A stretch of 63,994 bases of DNA, filler included, from Olpidium bornovanus S191 (Eukaryota; Fungi; Olpidiomycota), in assembly GCA_017911155.1 (NCBI GenBank). It is 33 parts of 33 records of this genome, joined end to end, with 100 filler letters (N's around TTAATTAATTAA, not from the genome) between each part and the next. Parts side by side here need not be neighbours in the genome. Positions count along the whole stretch, not along the records: positions 1 to 3,101 come from JAEFCI010011105.1; positions 3,202 to 4,296 come from JAEFCI010012493.1; positions 4,397 to 6,085 come from JAEFCI010002489.1; positions 6,186 to 8,122 come from JAEFCI010004822.1; positions 8,223 to 10,300 come from JAEFCI010001410.1; positions 10,401 to 11,895 come from JAEFCI010011846.1; 27 more parts are not named here. One strand, written 5' to 3'. Made by a program: the position numbers and the translations under genes. Below are positions 1-11,995 of the stretch, one piece after another; within the stretch, counting starts at the first letter, position 1; every line of letters starts with the position of its first letter. The notes under the pieces are model-generated. The model saw only the letters and a program-made list of their open reading frames with translations, was not told the origin of the DNA and did no database searches.

Positions 1-1871
1 AACCCCCCCCCCCCCCCCCCCCACAGCTGAGGGCCGTTTTTGCCGGTGCACGAAAACGGAGAAACGCCCTTCTTTCCTTACTCGTCGTCAATTCTTTTTA
101 ACTCAACTCGGCTCTAAAATGACGACGGGCTTGCTCCGCGGGGCAAGACCGCCGCGCAAGCGGTCGTGAGCGGGCTCCTCGTTTACGCGAGGAGCGGAGG
201 GATCCCCCGTCAAAACGCTTCTCTGTTTCGGAACGGCCGGGGGCAAGCCCAACAAAGGCGCCCGGAATGTTCCGACATCACCTGCATTCTGCGGCCGTAA
301 CTTGCGCGCGCGGGGTCGCAGTGCCGAAGGTTCTACACGGAAGCTGTCCTCCCGGGATCTTTTAGCACGACTCGGCCGCGGCCCCCGCGCAGTGATATCC
401 CCAAAGAAGAATCAAAACCCGGCACAGACGACGGCGGATCTGCACATCGCCGCCCGAGTGGTTTATACGTCCTTCGTCCAGCGAGCTGAAAAAGCTCAAG
501 AGCGCGAGATCCGTTTCGCGGGCGCCGGCGATTTTTTCGCGCCGGAAACTCCGCGTGAGGAAATGGGAGGGTGAGGTCTGTGCTTATCCCCTGGGTTTCA
601 AACGGGGGCGGCCCTCCACCCGTCTGACGCCCGCTACCGCGCGCGCCGGCACCGTCGAATTTTCGGAGGGCCGGGATTCACCGGCCCACCGTCGCCCCGA
701 CCAAAACGGGAGCGCAGAATGTCCCTGCTTGCGGCTTTCTCTCGGGCGCACCCGAAACGCCGAAAACAATGGGCCAAGAAACAATTTATTCTCTGCGCCC
801 CATCTTCCCCCCCCCCACCCCGGCCCTTCTTCCCCCGCCCTTCATTCCCCGCCCAGGCCCCCCCAGCCTTCCCCCAGGCCCCCCGATCGTCAGAAAAGAA
901 AAAAAGCTTTTGAGCGGGACCGGCAGAGCGAGCCGGGCGATATGCTGACCCCCGACACAGCCGACGCGCGCGGGGCCGTCGAAGAGCAACGCGGCGGAGG
1001 CCGCAGGAGCGCCGCGAAGACCGCGCCCGCGCGCCACGAACGCTCCGGCAATCCGCTGCAGGACGTTGCGCGACGGCCAGCAAGCGCGGCCGCCGCGCCG
1101 GCAGCACCGGAAATGGGAAGCGACGGCGAAGCGGACGCGGAGGACCGGGACTGGAGAGGGGCACGCTCAACGGTCGCGGGCCTCGGCTTGCAGCCGCATG
1201 ACAAAACGGTGTCGCGGCACCTCGCCGGCTCGCCCGGCTATACCGCAGCGTGCTCCACCCGCACCGCCGCGCTCTGTGAGTTTGTCCCCCCGCGGCGTGT
1301 CCGCGTCATTTAAAGACGAACACGATCAAACGGGTTCGCTGCCGCGGTTGCGGTGATCGCCCGTCCGGGACGACGAGGGATAAAAAAAAATAATAAAAAT
1401 GAAAAATTAAAACTAAAGAAACCAAAAAAAACAAAACCGCCGGGCTTTTTGGAAACCCACACGTTTCGCCGGCCGGTTGCGAGTCGTTTTCGATCAGGCG
1501 GCAACGCACAGTCCCCTCCCCCAAAAAGGAGATAAGACTAACACATTCGCCCCGGCCTCCTCTGCCTTAAAGCGAGGTGCGGCCCGCTACTACCGCCCCA
1601 CATGCGCACCCCGGAACGCGAGCTGGTTGTCGCCGATCACAGTGTGGGCCAGGGGGAGGAGGCGCGATTGTCCCGCAAGGTCGAAACTCCCACCCGACCA
1701 GAGTGGAACTCTGATTTCGCCTCTAAGCCGAGCGACGAGTTCTCACGCAAGCTGTGCGTCACCGGCTTCCGTCCCGCGGAAAGTTTCCCGCCGCGCCGTC
1801 GCCTGCCACCTCGAAATCCCTCCGCGAGACCTTGCGATTAAAATTCGGATCTTGTTTCCCCTCCCGTTGTC

Positions 1872-2768
1872 AGGACGGATCGTAAGGTTGTCGCCGGCAC
1901 TCTCGGATCGCCGTCGTCCACGCCGCACACGTCTCGCGTCACCGGCGAGGTCAACCAGCTTCGCGGGACCACCTCGAAGCCAGTTTATCATCCCAAGCGA
2001 AATCTGAACGTCTGTGCCAGGGTCGACAGCGGGATTCGACAAAGCGGCTCGCCCTCGCCGGTATCCTCGACACCTACGTCCAGTATAAAGGGCAGTCGAG
2101 CGAAGAACGCCGCTGCAGGCTCCGGCGAGAAGAAGTTCACGATGACACCGGGAGGAACCTACTATAGGGTTCCGATGCTGCCGGCGCGTCGCTCAGGAGG
2201 AAAAGTCGTGTACGTTGGGCATATTTCCGGGGACGATGAAGTTCGGGATTGTGGCGGAAATTTCGGTCGGCAGATGTGACGGGCGAGCAGTACCCCGAGA
2301 TTTAGCAACTGTCATTGTCTTACCGTCGTTTTTTCCGCTGGGGTCAGGGAGCCGCCTCCTTTTGCGAACAGGAGCCCCAGAGGTTAGTTTTTTTTTAAAC
2401 AACCGTGGTCTTCTCCGCTTTTCCCCGTCCTCATTTGACTGAGGGTAGAACTGGCGGCCCTGACGTCGTTTTCTTTCCTGGATTCGGTCGCAACGGCTTG
2501 AAACCGTGCTTTGCAATTTCAGCCTGCGCCAAATGCGAGACGCTCACCGGCATGGTCTCGGCGCTTGGTAAGAGATCTGTCTGGCCGCTGGTGTCCCCCC
2601 TTGTCTGGCCTCTACTGAATCTGCAGAGGCGGGGCAATAATTGCGTGTCGGCACGTTGCGCGGGGCCCACACAGAAGCGACGTTGGAATGCGAACGCGCA
2701 GCTCATCGGAAGGCGCTGGAGGAGAAGGAGCGGGCAGAAACGATGTATAAGTCCGAAAGGGAAATTCG
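1872..2768 (+). CDS. Hypothetical multi-exon gene fragment (Ser/Pro-rich, then coiled-coil)
   Basis: Candidate exons bounded by AG/GT: ~1872-2208 (TDRKVVAGTLGSPSSTPH...GGTYYRVPML), ~2523-2567 (CAKCETLTGMVSAL, donor GTAAG) and ~2676-2768 (ATLECERAAHRKALEEKERAETMYKSEREIR, donor GTGAGG). No family recognised. Confidence 0.4.
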
Positions 2769-3101
2769 GTGAGGGCCTGTCAGAGTCCCATTTGTCGCAT
2801 TAAGGATTTATCTGCCTTGGCCTGCTTATTGATAACAATTCGCGGTGTCTTTGTGTGGGAAATTGCTGGTACCGCTAGTCTCCGTATGGAGAATGTCGCA
2901 TACGCGGCGAGAAAAGACCGTCCCCCATCCTTCCCCGCCCTCGAGAGCGAGCTTGATAAACTGCACGTGACCGGCGACGACATGCCTCTGACGCTGTTTT
3001 ATCCTTGGCTTGTCGTTGGCGCCACTGTCCAGCAGGTGCCTGTCAGACCTCCAGGCCAGCTCGCAAACTCAGCAGGATACCTCAGCAGCTCCTGCAACTT
3101 G

Positions 3102-3201
3102 NNNNNNNNNNNNNNNNNNNNNNNNNNNNNNNNNNNNNNNNNNNNTTAATTAATTAANNNNNNNNNNNNNNNNNNNNNNNNNNNNNNNNNNNNNNNNNNN
3201 N
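3102..3201. other. Artificial contig-joining spacer (44 N + TTAATTAATTAA + 44 N); representative of 32 copies
   Basis: The same 100-nt block recurs starting at 3102, 4297, 6086, 8123, 10301, 11896, 14584, 16495, 20913, 23783, 26595, 28879, 30125, 32163, 33627, 35855, 38339, 41012, 42463, 44680, 46532, 47793, 50348, 51506, 53034, 54156, 55660, 56788, 58253, 59475, 60704 and 62892. The core has stop codons in all six frames. Confidence 0.99.
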
Positions 3202-4432
3202 AAAAAAAAAAAAAAAGAAAAAGGAAAAACGAAAAAAAAAGTAAAAAAAAAAGAAAGAAAAAGGAAAAACGAAAAAAAAAAAAAGTAAAAAAAAAAAAGG
3301 TGGCAAGCGACGTGGCCAAATCCAGCAGACCGGAACATACCAAGCAGGCACTGCGCACGCTCGCTCGGCTTGTCGCAGGTGCTGCCCGCTTCGCCGAAGT
3401 CTTCGATGAACGATCAAATGACAAGAGGTGGCTGAAGACGAAGATCCTGAAGCAGAAAAGGTGAAGAGAAAGGGGGGCGGGGGGATCAGTGTCGTCGATC
3501 TGTCGTTCGCTTTGGCATCACAGGAGCGGATGCAGTACCGGGGGGGGGGGGAAAGTATTGTTCCAGTATATATGGCCGATGGACGGCTGATAAAATATAA
3601 AATGTACGGCACAGGGATGGACTGAGGTTGTGGACCGAGGATGCACGAGGTTTGCCCTCGGTTTTACAGGTGTAAACTAGCGACGGTTTTTAAGAACTCC
3701 TCGTGAAACCTTCGGTTTTCTGCGGCCTTGAAAAGTTTAAGGATATTTTAGTACGGCTCACCGTGCTATATAGTATACAACTTCGTGAATCCCCCCGTGC
3801 ATCGGAGGGTGCACTCGTCCCTGAGCTCGTGGTGGGGCGGACGAAACGAAAAAAAAAAAAATTCTGCCGCCTGGGTGGGGAAAAGTCGCCCGCGAAGACT
3901 GAAAATGACATGCCCTCGCCGGGGGGTCTCCGACGGGGGTGACCGCGAAGTAAGGGTGCGGCCCTCTTGGAGACTGACGACCACACCCCCCCAAACGTCC
4001 GCCTCCTCCTCCTCCTCCTCCTCCTCCTCCTCCTCTTCCTCCTCCTCCTTCTCCTTCCGCAAAAACCCGCCGCTCGGAAAAAGTTTTTACGTTTTGCTAT
4101 TCTTATTTCCCATCCCACCACCACCCCCCCCCCACCCCCCACCGGTTTTCCCCTCTCTTCCCCACCGGTTCTCCTCCGCTCCGCTCACCTGGCAAATTAT
4201 GAAGCGCGGGGTGGTCGACGCGGCAGTGGTGGTGGCGTGTAAAGAAGGGGGGGGGGGAAGGGGCGCGGAGGGGAGGGGGGCGGGGAGGGGAGGGGGNNNN
4301 NNNNNNNNNNNNNNNNNNNNNNNNNNNNNNNNNNNNNNNNTTAATTAATTAANNNNNNNNNNNNNNNNNNNNNNNNNNNNNNNNNNNNNNNNNNNNCATG
4401 CGACCCCCGGCTCTCACGAAGAAAATGGTACA

Positions 4433-6085
4433 TTGAACATTTTGGACGCCGATATTCATTCGAGTGTGTTCCATTTATCGCCTGCCTCTCGTGGAATTGG
4501 CTGCTCGGTGCCGGAATGGCGATCCCGGGCGGATCAAGGGCCCTTTCCGCTGGTGACGGTTCGAGTGCTGGACACTCGGCAGAAAACCGACGAGGAGGCG
4601 GGACACGCGGCGTGGTACCTATGGTCAATACCGGAATTCACCTCCCGGCTATACCGGATGAGGAGGCTGTACAACTTTGTCGACCGGCCGCTGATGCTAC
4701 AGCACTTCAACGTTGAAGACCCGTTTTTCGTTAACCCGCGGCCGCTGTACACGCCGGTGGGCCAGGCCAAAGTGCCACTGAAGAGCTTGGTGTATGGAGT
4801 TCCCCTCACGAGCGCGCGGTGTCCACTTATCTCTATCTCATCTGGGGAAATCATGGGACATGTCTGCCTGAGCATTGTGGGCAACGGGGCCTCCGGCCTG
4901 ATCACGAAGTGGTGGGCAAGAAAGCGCGAGTCCGATATTCGTTCATCTGGACATCAAGTGCTGCTGCCACCGAGCGTCGATACGCCGTCGAGACATAAGA
5001 GCTCATTTTCCGCGGCCTCTTTCTCAACGCCACATGAGCTATCAGAAGCTCCTTCCCGCAGTCGGCCTGGCGAATGGCTCTCAGTGGATGTCCAAGTCCA
5101 CTACATTGATGGACTAGACCGGAACCAATATGCCGACCTTCACGCTCAAGTGCGCCTGTCGTGTTTCGGGGCAGTGGGCCTTGGCGCACCTGGCGACATG
5201 CTGTTCGCAACAACCCCTTCTGGTACGGAAAGGAGCAGCAAGGCGTGGGACAGCAAAGTCTCTACGAAGTGCATGCAAGTTATGAGCTGCACGTCTGGAG
5301 AGGCACGCCGGACGCTGACTGTACCTGCTACAGAGGAGGTGTTGGACATCTTGGATAAGGGAGAACTTACACTGGAGGTGTTTGGCCGGCTTACAATTGC
5401 AGAAGCTCGGCGATTTGCGGAGCTGGACGGGCGAACAAGCAGTTCTTCGTCTGTGGGAAGGACGCTTACAAACGGTACAGCGCCCCATCCTGCATCTGAC
5501 GTCGACACGGTGCCTTCGCCGTTGTTGCCTTTGAGGAGACAGAATTTCGAACGCAGGCCGGAGGCTGAGATGATCGCGGAGACAAAGCACGACGTGGTCG
5601 CGTGGATTCAAATACGCGAGCTGGTCTCGTCTGGTCAGTACCAACCGGTATCGTGGTCTGTGGAAACTGGGACATTCACCCTCAGGCAGGGCCTGCAACG
5701 GCGCCTGGTCCTGACAGTCTCCCACAACTCCGGGTACCAGTTCCCATGGCGCTCCGTAACGCGGATGTCATTGGGCAACCTTCGCGTTGGCTCACGGGGT
5801 GCAACCATTCATCACCATCACCACCACAAGCATCATCTCGACAACCATGGCGTTCCAGATACTGCGGGGCCCGACCACGAAACGGACCTGCCGCTCCTTC
5901 CAAACCAAAAAGTCACTTACCGCCGAGACGGGACGTGCGTTCTGCGGGCGGAGGCCTTCTTGCTGCATGACTGCACCCACCTCAACCGCATCACGAAGCA
6001 ATCGACTCGGGTCCTGGGGACCCTGTCGTGGACGATAGAGACGAATGGTTTGTGCGCGCCGCTCGTTTTCTCCGCGGACCTCGCC
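4433..6085 (+). CDS. Kinesin-3 family (Unc104/KIF1/KIF13-like) stalk-tail region, partial
   Basis: Uninterrupted ORF of ~550 codons with WSIPEFTSRLYRMRRLY...EDPFF (KIF1B-like segment) and VVAWIQIRELVSSGQYQPV...GTFTLRQGLQRRLVLTVSHNSG (DUF3694-like). Truncated at the contig end. Confidence 0.88.
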
Positions 6086-6530
6086 NNNNNNNNNNNNNNN
6101 NNNNNNNNNNNNNNNNNNNNNNNNNNNNNTTAATTAATTAANNNNNNNNNNNNNNNNNNNNNNNNNNNNNNNNNNNNNNNNNNNNGAGGTGTGCGCAGTG
6201 AGGCGGGGTGCTGAAACGAGACCTGAAACAAAGGGGGTTCAGGGGGGAGATAGTGCACCGCGCCCACCCGGGTTTTCCCCTGAAATCCTCTCTATAAAAT
6301 AGGGTAAATTCCCGGAATAGAGCAGCTCCCGCGAGCTCCTTTCGAACGCAGAATTCAACACCTCCCCTCCCCCTCCCCCCCCCCTCTCCCACCCCCCAAA
6401 AAAGAAAAAATTCCGTGAAGAACGGCGAAAAGATCAAACCGCAAAATCTAAAACCAAAAAAGGAAGTAAGGCCGCGCCCGTTCGTTTCCTTTTTTTTTTT
6501 CTTTTTTTTTTTTCCTTTTCTTTTTTTCTT

Positions 6531-6795
6531 TTAACCGGGAATTGCCAGCACGGTGCAGCGAACCCTGAACACCGCCCGGACGAACACGACGACCACCCAG
6601 ATGGGCCAGGACGGAGGCGCCGCGGTGTGAAAAAAAAACGTATTCGAGAACAAAAAAAAAAAAAAGAATTGACGCCCGCGAGAGGTCGTTTCCTATTTTT
6701 TTTTTTTATTAACCCGGAATGGCCAGCACAGCGCAGCGAACCCTGAACACCGCCCGGACGAATGCGGCGACCACCCAAACGGGCCAGGATGGAAC
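6531..6795. repeat. Diverged direct repeat of ~85 bp (copies at ~6531-6615 and ~6709-6795)
   Basis: Both copies share the core GCAGCGAACCCTGAACACCGCCCGGACGAA exactly, with scattered substitutions on either side. Confidence 0.9.
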
Positions 6796-8058
6796 CGCCT
6801 CATCGCCCGCGCCGCCGGACCCGCCGTCCTCCCGCTCGGGCCCGGCGTGCTTGAGGACCTTGCCGGCCGCAACGAGAATCTTTCTTCTGACCGCCGCCGC
6901 GACGACGAGGAGGAGCGCCACGACGCCGGGAGGGTCGACGTAAACGGCCCGCGGAAAGATGGCGGGGACGCCCGGCACGAGGCACAACGGGGCGGCGCGG
7001 CCCCGGTCCGCCGGCGCGCCGGCGCGCAGGCCACCCGGCTTTCCGATCTCGCCGTCGGAGTCGCCGTACCCGCTGTCGAACCGGGACTCCAAAGCGGCGC
7101 GCCGCTCGTCGATCGAGTCCACCGCAGCAGCCGGCGTCGTGTGAATGCCGCGGTCGTTCGGCCGTGATCCGTTCGTCTCGGCCGGCGGACGCTGCCGGGG
7201 CGGCCGGTGGTCCTCCCATATCGCCGTGTTTAAAGTGGGATAATCCAGCAGGCTGCCCGTACAAAACGACGGCGCCTCCGCGGTCTCCTGCGAGCGATCC
7301 GGCGCGGATCCCCATAACAACTTCCCGATCGCGTTGACGACCGAGTTTGCCCCGCTCGTCGCCACCGTCTTCTTGCTGCCCGTCTTCCCGGGGAACGGCG
7401 GCTCGCAAATGCCGTCGTTGGTGCTATTAATCTCGTCGCGGAAACCGGGGACCTCGACCGCCCGCGGCACAATCGCAGAACGGCCGGCCGATCTTCCGCG
7501 CACCTCAGCGGGCCTGCCGCGGGGTCTGGCGCCTGCGCCGACCTCCGCCAGAGGGTACGTTTCGCAGCCCGATCGTGAGCTCCGCGGCCGCCGTGTCGAC
7601 GACCGCCAGCGCCGCACGTTTGTTTCCGAATGGATCCGCCTGCGGCAGGTGCGCCGGGAAGTGGGACCGCGTCCCTGCGAGGACGACCGAGACAGACGCG
7701 TCTCGCGGGCCTCGTGCTCGTCGACCGCCGAGAAATATTCGCTCTCCTCGTCGCTGTCGCGGCACTCGCAGGCGCCGACGGCGACATCGTCCCTCTCTTC
7801 CGCCATTTCCAGCCCATCCGAACAATCCTGAAACATCTCGACCGATTGTCCGCCCGACCCTCGCCGGAACGGCAAGGGCGGAACCTGCGAGACAGGCGTG
7901 GTTGGCCGGGATACGAAGTCAGCGGCCGGACAAGTTCCATCCGACGCAGATGCAGGCGCGCCGTTCCCTGTGCCGGTGCACCACGCGTGCTGGCAGTCGC
8001 TCATGCTCGGAAGGGCGAACAATGCGTAGACGTCGTTGCTTTCCGGTCCCTCATACAT
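6709..8058 (-). CDS. Hypothetical low-complexity protein with hydrophobic C-terminal segments
   Basis: 449-codon ORF, acidic and Ser/Arg-rich, ending ...VPSWPVWVVAAFVRAVFRVRCAVLAIPG*. No family recognised. Confidence 0.5.
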   Translation of the reverse strand: MYEGPESNDVYALFALPSMSDCQHAWCTGTGNGAPASASDGTCPAADFVSRPTTPVSQVPPLPFRRGSGGQSVEMFQDCSDGLEMAEERDDVAVGACECRDSDEESEYFSAVDEHEARETRLSRSSSQGRGPTSRRTCRRRIHSETNVRRWRSSTRRPRSSRSGCETYPLAEVGAGARPRGRPAEVRGRSAGRSAIVPRAVEVPGFRDEINSTNDGICEPPFPGKTGSKKTVATSGANSVVNAIGKLLWGSAPDRSQETAEAPSFCTGSLLDYPTLNTAIWEDHRPPRQRPPAETNGSRPNDRGIHTTPAAAVDSIDERRAALESRFDSGYGDSDGEIGKPGGLRAGAPADRGRAAPLCLVPGVPAIFPRAVYVDPPGVVALLLVVAAAVRRKILVAAGKVLKHAGPEREDGGSGGAGDEAVPSWPVWVVAAFVRAVFRVRCAVLAIPG

Positions 8059-9433
8059 ATAGGTACTGTATCCACCCTGGTCTGGGTGGTACGGGAAAAG
8101 TTTTAAAGGGACCGGTAGAAACNNNNNNNNNNNNNNNNNNNNNNNNNNNNNNNNNNNNNNNNNNNNTTAATTAATTAANNNNNNNNNNNNNNNNNNNNNN
8201 NNNNNNNNNNNNNNNNNNNNNNGAGAGAAACTGATGAGAGAGAGAGAGGCTGAGGAGATAGAAAGAGAGAGTGAGAGTTCAGGATTATTACCGTTTTGCG
8301 AACCGCGCTCGCCTCCGAATTTCAAGCCATCATTGTTACTGGAAAACAGTGTGCCCAAACATGAACAACGCCGGCGCGGTACGCAAACCGCGCAAACGCG
8401 CCACAACATATCCCCCGCTCGCCTTCCCTTTCCTTCCTGTCCTTCCTCCGTTGGGCCATGGCCGCTTCAGCATATATTTCCCGGATAACACAGTTTCTGA
8501 CTTGCGGGGCTTGGATCAATCGAAATCAACCGAAAATTGAAGCTATTGATTAAATTTTTTGGAGGCGAAAGGCGGGAAGAAACGCCCACGACATACAAGG
8601 ACGCCGAGGGCAGTTCAGCGATCGTCTAACTCCCCTACCTCTTTCCCAAAAAAAAAAAAAAAAAAAAAAAAATTAAAAAAAGTACTTTTTTGGAAAACAG
8701 TTTGATCAGCGTCGATCGGCCGGGGTTTCGTTGCCAGGGAGATCATCTCGGGATACCGGCTGGTTCGGATGTGCCAAATCAGTTTCAGCAGCGCGAGGGA
8801 AGAGAACCACTTGCCCTCCGTTTCCCATTCCCTCCGCCGCCACCAAAAAAATATGCACCGGGAGATGAACGATCTTTGCATTGACCTGAAGTGCAAGGCC
8901 AACCTAAAACGTAACCCCCGGACGGGGACGGCCTGTCCAAGGCTTCCATCCGCTCCGAGGGGAGGGTCTCGTCCCGAGTCTACCTCGAAACCGCCGAAAC
9001 CCGCCAAAGTCCCGCCGGCTTTCCCTCTCGCGGCGCAGCGCTCGAGGCCGAACGGAGCGGAAGGAGACGCCGCCGGACGTCCGGGGTCGTCCAGCGCCGG
9101 TGCGGCAAGCTGCCGCTTTTCGGAAACCCGGTGCCGTGACCGAGATCCGCCGAAAAGGAGGAAGAAGGTCCAGCCGCATTTTTTTTTCTTCTTCTTTTTT
9201 TTTTTCTTTATTTACTTTCCTTTTTTTTTTGCGAGCTTCTCAACACCGCTTGGGGGAGACTTCCATTTTGACTGAATTCAGTTCGGTCGCGGTTCGGGCA
9301 GAACGGAAAAACAAAGCTGCCAAGTTGGAAGCTGCCGAACACTCGGCGCCAAGGTGGTGAGGGCCGGTGCGAAGCCCTCGGACCGTAGGTCTCCGGCGAC
9401 ACTGACCGGGCCGCACCGAACCCGCCCCTGCAG

Positions 9434-9657
9434 TTTTGTCACACTGGGCTACCGAGCCGGCGCGGCCGCCGCGGTATCAAAAGAGGCCGCCGACCGGCAG
9501 CGCCGAAGCGAACCGGTTGCAAGAAAGCGTGACCTGGGAACAGCGGAGGGCGGAAATCTACGCTCTGAACGCCGTGTTCCGCGCCATAGAGGAGAAGCGG
9601 TTCCGGGCCTACGACGCCATGCGACGGTCCGAGGTGCGCACGGCGCCCGCGGAATAG
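9434..9657 (+). CDS. SVBP: Terminal exon of an SVBP (small vasohibin-binding protein/CCDC23)-like protein
   Basis: Acceptor CTGCAG ends at 9433. The exon encodes [29 protein letters not shown], which aligns to human SVBP [30 protein letters not shown] (recalled from memory) with 8/8 identity over RAEIYALN. Confidence 0.7.
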
Positions 9658-10487
9658 AAATTTTCCGTCCCACGGAGCGTTTGGGGGGTCAACCCGGAAG
9701 ATTTCGCCGCTACCGCGTCTTCCGGGAGGGCTACCTCACCGGGCAAAAGGGAACCGGGACTCGGGAAGAGGGAAGTCTCCCGCTGTACTTTTTATCGCGC
9801 CTTCGTTGGGCCGCTTCGCCGGGGGGCGCTAGGTACGGTTTCTGGGGCACAAAGGCGGAACGTCCGTGTTACACTGAACTAGGCGGCGGGGAAAATCCCT
9901 TTCTGGGTTCAGACGCCGTTTTATTCTTTAACCCGGGGGGGAGGGGAGGCCGCCGCGGCCCAAAACGGAGGACTACTTTGTACCGGATCTTTCAGACCGG
10001 TTCGGGCCTTCGCGGTCCGGCTGCGGTGCGCATTTTAAACCGCGGGGAGCGGGCGTAAAGTAACACACGCGAGCACGCACAACGGTTTTTTTTCTCCTGG
10101 TTCACGCATGCGAAGGGGATGCGGCAATTTGTCGACATCCCGCTTGCTTGCTTTCTGCGCTGGTTCGCCCGGCCGCGCGCGGGCACCCGTTGCGGAGAAA
10201 GGCCCCCCCCCCCCCCCCCCCCCCCCCCACCCCCGCCCGCCCCTCCCTTCCCCCCCCCCTCCCCCTCCCCGCCCCCCCCCCCCCCCCGCACCCCCCGCGC
10301 NNNNNNNNNNNNNNNNNNNNNNNNNNNNNNNNNNNNNNNNNNNNTTAATTAATTAANNNNNNNNNNNNNNNNNNNNNNNNNNNNNNNNNNNNNNNNNNNN
10401 CGAAAACGAAAAAAGCCCAGCAGCGTGATTTTGTTGAGAACCTATGCAAATGACATGGACGATCGCCGCCGCGCCCAAACGCACACA

Positions 10488-11778
10488 CGCTTACGGTGCA
10501 GAACCATCATGTTCGTGCAGACGTTGTTCAGGAAGTCTTGCGAGTGCGAAATCAGCACAAGGATACGGTCATAGGTCTTGAGGTACTCTTCCAACCACAC
10601 GCACGCTTCGAAGTCGAGGTGGTTTGCTATCGTGAAGAGTTTGACACCGGACGGAACGCCAGTGAGTCGCAGTTGATCGGTACCGCCAACCAATCCCACC
10701 CGGTGCGCTATCCGGCGTTGATCGCGGGACAAAAAAAACTCACTCGGCTCGTCCAGCAAAAGCAGCGTGGGCTTCACGAACAGGGCGCGAGCCAGGGCGA
10801 CGCGCATTCTCCAACCTCCGGAGAGGTCTTTCGTCGGCTTGGTGATCAACGACTTGGTGAAGCCCAGGCCGTTCAGGAGGGTCGCAGCTCTGGACTCGAA
10901 GGTGTTGGGATCTAGCGACTCGATACGGTCGTATATATCGTGCAGAAGCGGGTTCTCTGCGCCGTCCTCCTGCTCCAGGATCTGCTCGACCTCGTGCTCC
11001 AAACGCTTGACCTCCAGCTCGGCTTCGGAGACGACATAGGAAACCGCGTCCAGGTCGGACGGCGGAGCTTCCTCGGACAGGAGGTAAATCTGAAGGGCGG
11101 CCGGGCTGTCTTTAGTGCAGGCAATCGGACGGCGAGTTCCACGCCAGCGCGCTTCCCGGGGCTCGGCCGCACGTACGTCTGTGTGCTCTGGAATCGGGAC
11201 ATCCCTGGCAGCCAGGCACTGCAGGAACGTCGACTTGCCACTGCCGTTGGCGCCCAGGAGGCCATACCTGCGGCCAAAATTGAGCTCGATGGTCGCATCC
11301 TGAATGAGCAGGCGTCCATGGAACCTGCAAGACACAACACGAGGCGCAAATACAATGAGCTCTCGAGAGAGGCGGGCAAAGAAGGGGAAATAAAATAAAA
11401 CAGAAATGAAAAACAGAATAAACAGCAGAACAGATAGGCAGCCCGTACGAAAGCGTAAACGACTCGATTTTGATGTCTCTTGATTTGGGGTCGGAAGTCA
11501 GCACGCCGACGCAAGAGCGGTCGGCAACGCCGTCCTTCGAGTTAGCGTCGCCGAGCTGTAGCCCAGAAACGTCTAAGGAGTCGGCCGAGGTGTTTTTCTT
11601 GGCACCACTGCGCACAAGGGCGGCGGACAGTCGCGCAGTTGCCGAAGATAAAAATAAAAAATGAGCACGGCAAAACGCGAGAGGAATTGCACCCAGCCTG
11701 CTCTCTAAGCGAACTCCGAATGCCCCCGGCTCACGCTTCTTTCGGTGCTCTCTTTGACTTCTCGGCCTTCGCGGCCAT
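10488..11778 (-). CDS. ARB1: ABCF-family ribosome-associated ATPase (Arb1/ABCF2), 5' part, multi-exon
   Basis: RSCVGVLTSDPKSRDIKIESFTLS|FHGRLLIQDATIELNFGRRYGLLGANGSGKST (Walker A), LSGGWRMRVALARALF (ABC signature), LLLLDEP|TNHLD (Walker B/D-loop) and LVLISHSQDFLN (H-loop). GT-AG introns. Confidence 0.93.
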
Positions 11779-11995
11779 GCTCTCACACTTGAGGAGATCG
11801 TCGATGCTGATCCGCAGCTCGACATCTGTGGCACGAAAACGAGCGGCGCGATGCGAGGATCGACGGGAAGACGGCGTCGACGAAGCGGGCAGTCGNNNNN
11901 NNNNNNNNNNNNNNNNNNNNNNNNNNNNNNNNNNNNNNNTTAATTAATTAANNNNNNNNNNNNNNNNNNNNNNNNNNNNNNNNNNNNNNNNNNNN

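Noticed and set aside
2759-2771. GGGAAATTCGGTG matches the yeast RNase P RNA CR-I
   Set aside because: It is the end of a coiled-coil exon (SEREIR) plus a GTGAGG donor. There is no P4 partner or CR-V downstream.
3146-3157. TTAATTAATTAA as a biological repeat or site, and the ORFs ending in X...LIN
   Set aside because: It is an identical scaffolding linker between N runs. ORFs that cross it are artefacts.
3299-3461. Possible exon VASDVAKSSRPEHTKQALRTLARLV...RWLKTKILKQK
   Set aside because: It has a plausible AG/GT frame, but it is short, unrecognised and has no convincing partner exons, so it is not supportable as a feature.
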